In this document: positions 47,445-55,334 of the stretch, piece by piece
Layout of the letters: each line of letters opens with the position of its first letter
Numbering within the stretch: the stretch's first letter is position 1
Assembly: GCA_963675295.2 (NCBI GenBank)
Contig: CAXXKJ010000002.1
Coordinates: 2,304,001 to 2,368,000 of the forward strand
Source of the DNA: a bacterium
GTDB lineage: Bacteria > Electryoneota > Electryoneia > Electryoneales > Electryoneaceae
DNA length: 64,000 bases
Reading direction: 5' to 3'
Translations under genes and position numbers: made by a program
Notes under the pieces: model-generated
What the model was told of the DNA's origin: nothing
Seen by the model: only the letters and a program-made list of their open reading frames with translations
Databases searched by the model: none

Positions 47445-50400
47445 GAGATCGCGGCTTCGATTTGTTCGGCCAGTTTCTCGAGATCAGGATCTGCCGGAGA
47501 TTGCTGGCGCAAACGGTTTAGCATCGCTCGAGCGTGATCGTACTTGCCCTGCCCGATTTGCAGCCGGATCAGGGTCTTGGACACCGGTCCGCGGTACTCC
47601 TCGGGCGCGGTTTCGTCACGCTTGGGCGGCGGTGGGGGGGTGCGTTTCGGACGTGCTGCCATCCCGGCCGGTTCGGGCTTCGGCTTGGGTTTGGCCTGCG
47701 CGGCGGGGGGCGGTGGAGCGGGCGCCGGAGTTGGGCGTTTTTCCGGAGCTGGCGGTGGTGTCGGCTCAGTGGCCGTTGACGGTTCGCGCGCGGCTCCGGA
47801 TTGCGGCTCCGGAGTGGACTTCGCCTGCAGTTCGGACACGCGGGGCGCTTCCGGTTCCGGCTGCGATTGTTTAGGAGCACTTGCTTCCGGCCTGGGGACC
47901 TCGGGTTCGCCGGCTTCCGGTTGTTCCGGTGCTGGTTCAGCTTCGAGTTCTGCCGGTGCAGGTTCGGAATCGGCGATGTCGTCGGCGTCAGCCTGTTGCG
48001 CGTCCGGTTCGCCGCCGGACTTGGACATGCCGTACGGTTCGAACTCGTCGTCGTGTGGCGTGGCGGCCTCGGACAGGTCGTTGGTTTCGTCCTCCGCTTC
48101 GGGCTGGTCCTCGAGGCTTTCGACCTCATCCTCAACACGTGAAGGCGCCATTGAAAAGGAGGATCTGCGTGCGAGTTCTTCTTCTGTCAGTTCCGGGACC
48201 TTTTCTTCCGGTTGCTTCAGGCCCTCGGTGATGTTGTCATCGGCCGTGGTTTCAGCGGCAGGTTCGGCGGTTTCCTCGGCGCTTTTCGCGGGGTCGGCAT
48301 CCTCTTCGGCTTGTGGTTTGGACGCGTATTTGCCAATTTCCACCGGTTTCTGGCTGCCTGGTTTGCCACGACGCTTGCTGGCGAACTGTGAAATGAGATC
48401 GTCCAGATCTTCCTGGCTCGCCGGCTTCTTCGGAATCGATGCCTCCGGCATGGGGGGGCGTTCCTGCGCTGCCGAAGCGGCCGGTTTCTCGAGTTCCCTG
48501 CCGGATTCGGAAGGTGTATTCGCAGCTGGTACGTCGGATGCGCCATCGTCTGCTTGCGCAGTCAGCTCAGCGTCAGGCTCGGCCGCAACCGGTTCATCCT
48601 TCGCGGATTCCTCGGCAACAGATTGATCCTCAACCGGCTCTTCCGCTTCCACTGCCGGTTCGGGTTCGACGCTTTTCTTCGGAGACTTGCTGCCCGCCTT
48701 GAACGCCGCCATCAGCTCATCGAGCGAATTCTGGTCCAACGGACCGGCCGGTGCGGCGGGCGCTTCAGGCTCGCTGGGCTCGGGTTCAGTTTCTTCCGCC
48801 GCAGCTTGCTCTGGTTCCTCGCTGGACTCGGGTTCTTCGCCAGCTTCCGGTTTTGCGTCCCCGGCAGCAGTGTCCGAGGAGGATTCCGGTTTGGAGGATC
48901 CGGCCTTGAACGACGCCATCAGAGCGTCCAGATCGCCCTGGTTCATTGGTCCGGATGGAGCGGCGGGTTCGTCTTTTTCCACAGTTGGCTCTGACGCGGG
49001 AGCTGCCTTGGACTCCTCAGCCGTTGGTGCTGCCTCGATGGCTGCGTCGGGGGCTTCCGCCACGGGCTCGTTGTCGGTTTTGGACAAGGTCTCGCTGGAT
49101 TCCTCGCTGCTGCCGGCAGAGGATTCCGGCTTTGCCTGACCGGACTGGAACTGGGCGAGCAACGCATCCAGGTCGGACTGGTTCAACGCGCCGGAGCTTT
49201 GCTTTTCCGGTTCGGATTCCGGTTTGGGCTCTTCGACGGCCGCCTTGGGAACCTCAATCTCGGCTACTGGTTCGTCTTCCGGTTCGGCGGCGGCTTCCGC
49301 TTCAGATTCTGTGGCCGCTTCAACATCGGATTCAGCACGATCACCGGCTGTGGCTGCTTCCTCCTCGGATTGTTCCGATTCGGATTCATCCGTGTCTTCC
49401 GCCTTGGCGGGTTCATGGATTTCCGGAATGGTCGCTTCGAGGTCGGGGTCCTCGACGAGTACGAGCTCGTCTTCCTTCAGCTCAGTCAGCACCTGCTTGA
49501 AGTCGACGACATGCTCAAGCGACTGTCCGCCCAGTTTCACCGCGTTTTCGAGAGGAGTCGGAATTGGTTCTTGTTCTGCTTCTTCGGTGTCGTCGCCGGA
49601 CCCTTCGCTCATTAACTCAGCGAGCATCGCCTCGACCCCAACCTCCTCTTCATCATCACCGTCAACGGTCGCGGGTTTGTTCGTGGTTTCAGCTTGAGGC
49701 GGGGTGGATTGTGCTTCCTCCGCGACGGTTTCGGGTTCCGTCTCCACGGCTGGAGCTTCCTCCGCGTCCTGATCTCTGGCAGCGTCATCGACGGATTCCG
49801 CGGCGGGTTCGGCTGAGTCGGTTTCGGGATCCGTCTCGGGCGCGGACGGTTTCGGCTCGACGGGTTCGGTGTGTTGAATCAGGTTGCTGTCGGGATCGTA
49901 ATCCTTGTCCTCAGCTTCCGCTTCCGCTCCGTCGGTCTCGTCTTTAGTGCCCGCTCCGTTGCTGGATTCCTCAGCCGCTTTCTGCCCGGGCAGCTTGAAT
50001 TCTTCGACTTGTTCGTCGTCGTCGTTGGAAGGGAGGCGGGCGATCATCTGAGTAACGAGCGAATCGTCCACATCGGGCGTGAACTGTTTCGGCAGCGGTG
50101 CCCGTTCCGGCAACAAGTCCAGCTCTTTGCTGACCACTGTTGACAGTCCACCGATTTCGGTGATGTCACCGGGGTGCCAGTCGTCCTGCCACTCAAAATC
50201 ATCACCGAACAGTTGCTTCATCGTCCAGTGGACGAGTTCTTTCTGTTTCTGTTCGGTTTCGCTATCGGAAGGACTGAGTTCGTAGAGCCGTGTGTGTGCA
50301 GCGTATTCGAGGTCGGTACGTCCGAGCAGGTGCAGCAGTTCAACGTAGGCCTTGCGTGCCCGCAGGTTCAGCGGATCGAGCCGCAGCACTTCTTCGTAGG

Positions 50401-50623
50401 ATTTGAGTGATCCCTCGGCGTCTTTCAGGCGCCCTTGCGCCTGTGCAAGTAGCAGGTGTGCGGTTGAGTTCTCAGCGTCGGACTCGAGCCCATTGATCAG
50501 ACGGTTTCGTGCTTCCCTGGTTTTTCCCATCTGGAGTTCGAGGTCCGCGAGCCGGACGTAGAGGATCGGATTCCTCTTGACCAGCTTTTTCAGCCGTTTG
50601 TATTCCGCTTTTAAACGACTCAT
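47441..50623 (-). CDS. TPR protein with very long acidic disordered region and C-terminal TPR-like helix pair
   Basis: N-terminal TPRs (AHLLLAQA...YEEVLRLDPLN), long E/A/P/S/D-rich region, C-terminal SKTLIRLQIGQGKYDHARAMLNRL; stop overlaps the coaE start (ATGA). Confidence 0.82.
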   Translation of the reverse strand: MSRLKAEYKRLKKLVKRNPILYVRLADLELQMGKTREARNRLINGLESDAENSTAHLLLAQAQGRLKDAEGSLKSYEEVLRLDPLNLRARKAYVELLHLLGRTDLEYAAHTRLYELSPSDSETEQKQKELVHWTMKQLFGDDFEWQDDWHPGDITEIGGLSTVVSKELDLLPERAPLPKQFTPDVDDSLVTQMIARLPSNDDDEQVEEFKLPGQKAAEESSNGAGTKDETDGAEAEAEDKDYDPDSNLIQHTEPVEPKPSAPETDPETDSAEPAAESVDDAARDQDAEEAPAVETEPETVAEEAQSTPPQAETTNKPATVDGDDEEEVGVEAMLAELMSEGSGDDTEEAEQEPIPTPLENAVKLGGQSLEHVVDFKQVLTELKEDELVLVEDPDLEATIPEIHEPAKAEDTDESESEQSEEEAATAGDRAESDVEAATESEAEAAAEPEDEPVAEIEVPKAAVEEPKPESEPEKQSSGALNQSDLDALLAQFQSGQAKPESSAGSSEESSETLSKTDNEPVAEAPDAAIEAAPTAEESKAAPASEPTVEKDEPAAPSGPMNQGDLDALMASFKAGSSKPESSSDTAAGDAKPEAGEEPESSEEPEQAAAEETEPEPSEPEAPAAPAGPLDQNSLDELMAAFKAGSKSPKKSVEPEPAVEAEEPVEDQSVAEESAKDEPVAAEPDAELTAQADDGASDVPAANTPSESGRELEKPAASAAQERPPMPEASIPKKPASQEDLDDLISQFASKRRGKPGSQKPVEIGKYASKPQAEEDADPAKSAEETAEPAAETTADDNITEGLKQPEEKVPELTEEELARRSSFSMAPSRVEDEVESLEDQPEAEDETNDLSEAATPHDDEFEPYGMSKSGGEPDAQQADADDIADSEPAPAELEAEPAPEQPEAGEPEVPRPEASAPKQSQPEPEAPRVSELQAKSTPEPQSGAAREPSTATEPTPPPAPEKRPTPAPAPPPPAAQAKPKPKPEPAGMAARPKRTPPPPPKRDETAPEEYRGPVSKTLIRLQIGQGKYDHARAMLNRLRQQSPADPDLEKLAEQIEAAIS

Positions 50624-50661
50624 CGCAATCGCAGCTTCGTTGGTGGAGGGGAAGCAACAAG

Positions 50662-52218
50662 TTACAAATCTGGATCGGGCGAAATGGACCTCACAGTGAC
50701 TCCCGGTAGAACCGGTTCACCGACCGTCATCCGGTAGCGTGCCAGCGCGATGTTGTGATCCATCAGCGCCTGGCTGGTGCTTATCCGGCTGCGGTTGACC
50801 TGAATCTGTGCGTCGATCCAGTCCTGCGCGGTGATCTGACCATTGGCGAACCGTTGCCGGCTGATGTCAAACGACTTCTCGGAGATCTCAAGGGATGCCT
50901 TGGAGATCTCATACCGCCTCCGGGCTTCTTCCAGCGAACGCACCGCCGCCCGGACATCGAGGATCACGTCCTTTTCCGCCTGGCTGGCGTCGAATTCCGC
51001 CCGTCGCAACGACAGCCGGGCTGCCTGCACATCCAGATTCCGCCGTCCACCGCTAAACAACGGAATGTTGAGGTTGAATGCAACGCCCCGGTTGGTGACG
51101 TAATCATTGTAATCGTTCGAGAAGGTTTCGTCGAACGTGTTCGTCTGCTGGTTTAGACCGTAAAACGCTGTCACCTGGCCGCCGGGATTGTAGGGGCGCC
51201 GGGTGTTTTTCAACGACAGCTCTGCCTGTTCGACGCCGATTTCCGCCTGGCGAATTTCTTCCCTTTTCGCGAGTGCTTGTTCGATCGCGGTTTCGAGGTT
51301 GACCTGCAGCGTATCGAAGCCCGGGTTGCCAACAATGCGGATCGGTTGATCCAGCTCGACGCCAATCAGTGACCGGAAACGGTCAAGTTGGCCCTCATAG
51401 GTTGCTTCGGCACTGAGCAGGTTTGTCTCCACCCGTGATGCCTCCACTTCGAGCTGGAGCGCTTCAACCTCCGGAATCAGACCGGCCTCGAATTTTCGGT
51501 GTGCGAGGTCGGCGGTTTCCCGGTTGGCGTGCAGGTCATCGCGTGAAATCTCGAGTTCGCGAGCACCGGCGAGCAGTCCGTAGTAGGATTCGAGCACGTT
51601 GAACACCAGATTCCGCTGGCTTTGCATGGTGTTCAGCAGGGTGTTCTCATAGGACAGTTCGGCCTGCTGACGTGCGTAGCGGCGCAGGTTGCCACGGAGC
51701 AGTTCCTGGGTAAAGCTGGCGCGGTACGTGGTGTTGTATTCGAGCTTGTCGATCTGGCCGATGTATTCGTTGGTGTAATACTGCTGGTAGAACCGGGATG
51801 TCAGCTCGATATTGCCGCCTGTCGGGAGCGGCTGGGAAATGTTTAAATCTCCTTCCATCTGCCGGGTTTCGGTCTCGACCCATTCGCGAGAGTACTTATT
51901 GAGCTCTGCATCGTAGATGAGTTCCTGACTCAATGCCTGGGTAATGGTTGGCACTCCGAAACTCGATTCGAGCGTGGGAGAATACATGTCCAGCGCGGTA
52001 GACCGGAACGCGATGTAGGACTGATTGAGGCTTTCCTGGCTGTAGTAGGCGTCCGGCGACTCGCCCAGCGCGATGGCGATGGAGCGGTAGAGGTCGAGGA
52101 TCAATGTGTCGCCGACGGCAACGTTGCTGGAGTCGCTCTGGGAGAATACCGGAGCGAAGGCTGCTGTGCTCAGCAACGCAATGGTAACCAGAAGTGGAAG
52201 AAATTTATTGCCTGTCAT
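50662..52218 (-). CDS. TolC family outer membrane efflux protein
   Basis: Signal peptide; two OEP repeats (KFEAGLIPEVEALQ; RFANGQITAQDWIDAQ), LNIPLFSGG. Confidence 0.9.
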   Translation of the reverse strand: MTGNKFLPLLVTIALLSTAAFAPVFSQSDSSNVAVGDTLILDLYRSIAIALGESPDAYYSQESLNQSYIAFRSTALDMYSPTLESSFGVPTITQALSQELIYDAELNKYSREWVETETRQMEGDLNISQPLPTGGNIELTSRFYQQYYTNEYIGQIDKLEYNTTYRASFTQELLRGNLRRYARQQAELSYENTLLNTMQSQRNLVFNVLESYYGLLAGARELEISRDDLHANRETADLAHRKFEAGLIPEVEALQLEVEASRVETNLLSAEATYEGQLDRFRSLIGVELDQPIRIVGNPGFDTLQVNLETAIEQALAKREEIRQAEIGVEQAELSLKNTRRPYNPGGQVTAFYGLNQQTNTFDETFSNDYNDYVTNRGVAFNLNIPLFSGGRRNLDVQAARLSLRRAEFDASQAEKDVILDVRAAVRSLEEARRRYEISKASLEISEKSFDISRQRFANGQITAQDWIDAQIQVNRSRISTSQALMDHNIALARYRMTVGEPVLPGVTVRSISPDPDL

Positions 52219-52246
52219 GGTCTGACCAGTAAGTTTCGATCAATCG

Positions 52247-53521
52247 CTATTCGTGACGGATGGCGTTGATGACATCCAGTTCAGCCGCTTTTTTCGCCGG
52301 CCACCAGCCGAAGATGATGCCGACAGTGGCAGAGACCCCGAACGCGAGCAGCACTGCCAGTGGACCAATTGAAGTATTCCAACCGGCAAATTGCGTGATG
52401 CCCCACGCCATCAGGATTCCGATGATGACTCCGACCAGTCCGCCGATCAGCGAAAGCAGAACCGCTTCGAGCAGGAACTGGGAGATGACATCGGACTGCC
52501 GTGCGCCCATCGCACGGCGGACACCGATCTCGCGTGTGCGTTCGACGACATTCGAGAGCATGATGTTCATGATCCCGATCCCGCCGACAAGCAGTGAAAT
52601 CGAGGCAATGGTGCCCATCACGATGTTGAAGATGCGCTGCGTCTGACGGCTTTGTTTCAGCAATTCCACCGGCACGATCAACTCGAAATCCTCGGCCTGG
52701 TTGTGTCTGCGGGTGAGGATGCGGGTGACGGTCGTGGCGACGGCTTGCAACTTGTCCTCGTCCGGCACGCGCAGGATCAGCGCTTCCAGCGGGCTATTGG
52801 ACCGGCTCACGGCGAAGCGGGCGTTGAGCGTTTCCAGTGGGACGTACACGTCCTTGCTCATGTCCGGCAGATCCAGCCCGGCAGAGGTGAACCCACCCAG
52901 CGGCGGTTGGATCACGCCGACGATGGTGAACCAGGATTCGCCGATCTTGATCTGTTCGCCTAATGGGTTTGACAGCGGGTAGAGATCGCGGCGCAGCGAT
53001 TCGGTGATGACGGCGACCGGCGCACGTGTACGGCTGTCATTTTCCGACAGGAAGCGACCACCGGTCAGGGTGGCGAAAAAGACATCGACGAACTCGGGTG
53101 CGGTGCCGACAATGCCGGTGCCCGCCTGCTTGGGCAGCTTAACCTTCTCACCGACTCGCCGCAACGGGACGATCAGGTCAACGTCAATCAGCAGTTCACT
53201 GAGCGCGTCAGCGTCCTCGAGCGTCAACCACTCGGGATTCTTGCGCTGGTTTTCCAGCAACTGGTCGCGATCATCCGGTTCGTGGGTCGATACGATGATG
53301 TTGTTGACGCCGAGGCTTTGGATCGCTTCGAGGATCTCGCTCTGCGCCCCGGCGCTGATCGAGGTCATCGCGATCACCGCGGCGACACCGAAAATGATGC
53401 CCAGCATGGTGAGGAAGCTGCGGAGTTTCTGCGCGAGCAGGGCGTCCATCCCGATGCGGAGGTTTTCCGCGATCGTGATTGCACTGCCTCCGAGGCCGGA
53501 TCTCCGGTCACCAGCTCTCAT
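52247..53521 (-). CDS. MacB/FtsX-type ABC transporter permease
   Basis: KLRSFLTMLGIIFGVAAVI, ISLLVGGIGIMNIML, ERTREIGVRRAMGA. Confidence 0.93.
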   Translation of the reverse strand: MRAGDRRSGLGGSAITIAENLRIGMDALLAQKLRSFLTMLGIIFGVAAVIAMTSISAGAQSEILEAIQSLGVNNIIVSTHEPDDRDQLLENQRKNPEWLTLEDADALSELLIDVDLIVPLRRVGEKVKLPKQAGTGIVGTAPEFVDVFFATLTGGRFLSENDSRTRAPVAVITESLRRDLYPLSNPLGEQIKIGESWFTIVGVIQPPLGGFTSAGLDLPDMSKDVYVPLETLNARFAVSRSNSPLEALILRVPDEDKLQAVATTVTRILTRRHNQAEDFELIVPVELLKQSRQTQRIFNIVMGTIASISLLVGGIGIMNIMLSNVVERTREIGVRRAMGARQSDVISQFLLEAVLLSLIGGLVGVIIGILMAWGITQFAGWNTSIGPLAVLLAFGVSATVGIIFGWWPAKKAAELDVINAIRHE

Positions 53522-54849
53522 TGGCCGTTGCCACCGTTCATCATGGACGTTGGCGCGTTCGAGCCGCTACCGCCGTCCTCATCCGCATCAATTCCGGTCC
53601 AGGTTGCCGGATCGAAGTTGGTGTTCGGGTCAACGAGGCTGACGCGATCCTTTTCGTCCAGCCCGCCGGTGACGATGACGAAATTGTCGTTGCGTGTGCC
53701 GAGTTCGACCGGTGTGCGTTTGTAGCCGGCGTTCGACCGGTAGACGACGGATTCGCCCTCATGGGTGAACACGGCGTCCAGCGGGATGTAGTAGGAGTCC
53801 GGGACTTCGTTGATGATGATCGTCGAAGACACCGTCATGCCTGGTTTCAGCACGTCTCCGACTTCGTCGAGCTGAATCACGACGTCGAAGACCTTGACGT
53901 TCGCTTCACTCTCCTCGTCCACGCGTCCAAGTCCGGCGACATCGGTGACGGTGCCGGTGAAGATGCTGTCGGGGAAGGCATCCGGGATGATGGTTGCCTT
54001 TTGGCCAACTTTGACGCGGGAAACGTCGACCTCGTTGACCGCAGTCTCGACGATCATCTCGGACAGGTCAGGCAACTCAATGAGTGCCTGCCGCCGCCAG
54101 GGAGTATCACCGACACGCAGCTCAGCCATCTGGGACCCGTTCCACAGCTTCATGTACACGACCAGCCCCGGCTGGGGCGCGGTCATGGTCAGTTCGGAAA
54201 GGGCTTTTTCTTCTTCGTGGAGGCTGATCTCAGCCTGTTGTTCGTTCAGTCGCAGCGTGCGCAACTCGGCGTTGTTGATGATCTTCTGCTGTTCAATGCG
54301 CTTCTCAGCCTGCTCAAGCGAAATGCGGGATTGCTGCAGCGCAAGTTCCTGCTCCTCCTTGACCACCTCGGCTTCAAACTGCATCTGTTCTAGCCGCAGC
54401 TCCGCCTGCCGGTAGCTGGCTTGCGCGGATTGCAGCCCGGCTTCGAGATCGGCCATGGTGGAGGCCATTGACGAACGCGACTTGTCCAGCGAAGCCTGGG
54501 ACTTCTCAAGCTCGTTCTTCGCTTCCTCGATGCGTTGCAGAACTTCGGTCTGGTCGAATATGACGAGGGTGTCACCGGTTTCGACGTGCGAGCCCTTTTC
54601 CGCCAGCCAGAGGACCTGGAGGTTGGTGCGGACGCTGGGCGCGCGGACGACGACGGAGTTCTTCGCGCTCAGCTCACCAGTTTCGGTGATGGTGACGCGG
54701 AAATTGCCGTATTTGACCGGGAAATCGGGCAGATCACCACCCGGACCACCACTACCGGCGATGAGGAAATAGAGGAGGACGATGACGACGAGTCCTGCGA
54801 ACAGTCCGATACGTCCCGCGGGTTTCTTCAACATAGATGTCAGAACCAT
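53518..54849 (-). CDS. MacA-type periplasmic adaptor (membrane fusion protein)
   Basis: N-terminal TM, long helical hairpin, VNEVDVSRVKVGQ, LKPGMT; start 54849 or 54834. Confidence 0.92.
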   Translation of the reverse strand: MVLTSMLKKPAGRIGLFAGLVVIVLLYFLIAGSGGPGGDLPDFPVKYGNFRVTITETGELSAKNSVVVRAPSVRTNLQVLWLAEKGSHVETGDTLVIFDQTEVLQRIEEAKNELEKSQASLDKSRSSMASTMADLEAGLQSAQASYRQAELRLEQMQFEAEVVKEEQELALQQSRISLEQAEKRIEQQKIINNAELRTLRLNEQQAEISLHEEEKALSELTMTAPQPGLVVYMKLWNGSQMAELRVGDTPWRRQALIELPDLSEMIVETAVNEVDVSRVKVGQKATIIPDAFPDSIFTGTVTDVAGLGRVDEESEANVKVFDVVIQLDEVGDVLKPGMTVSSTIIINEVPDSYYIPLDAVFTHEGESVVYRSNAGYKRTPVELGTRNDNFVIVTGGLDEKDRVSLVDPNTNFDPATWTGIDADEDGGSGSNAPTSMMNGGNGQ

Positions 54850-55128
54850 CCGTTGGCCAAATGAGAGTTAGCCTGCGCAACCGGACAATATAGTGTAATC
54901 GACCGGCGACAACGCGAAATTGTTGACCTCGCAGCAACCGTGTGCTATCGGTAACATGGTTTTCTCAGTCTGAATGTTCCCCGCAGCATGGCAAGCAGGT
55001 TTCATTGTTGAGACGCGTGCATGAATAAGTAGTAACGGAGCCTGCGCTAATCTGCTCCGGGAGGCAGGTTAAACGTATGCTTCTCATTGGGTCAACATAT
55101 TGATTATTCGTTATCTAGAGTATATGGA

Positions 55129-55156
55129 TAACATGTGCTAAACATAGTGGTAACAA
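55129..55156. promoter_or_regulatory. Three 11-bp-phased (T/A)AACA direct repeats, OmpR/PhoB-family box candidate
   Basis: TAACAT at 55129, AAACAT at 55140, TAACAA at 55151 in an AT-rich divergent intergenic region upstream of a phoA-containing operon. Confidence 0.4.
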
Positions 55157-55334
55157 ACAAATAGCGGTCTCCGAGCAGCTCCCATGCGGGCTTCTCGCGC
55201 CGTAGTTTCTCGCACGTTATCTTCTCGATAACCTATCATCTGCCGGGGCGAATGGGCGCGTCCCCGTCAGCCAGAAACTTGTACCGATCTTTCTCGGGAT
55301 CAATCCCTCGACCAACAAGTCCACAACCCTGCGA

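Noticed and set aside
54989-55004. sigma54 promoter TGGCAAGCAGGTTTCA
   Set aside because: The near-invariant -12 GC reads TC; unsupported without other evidence.
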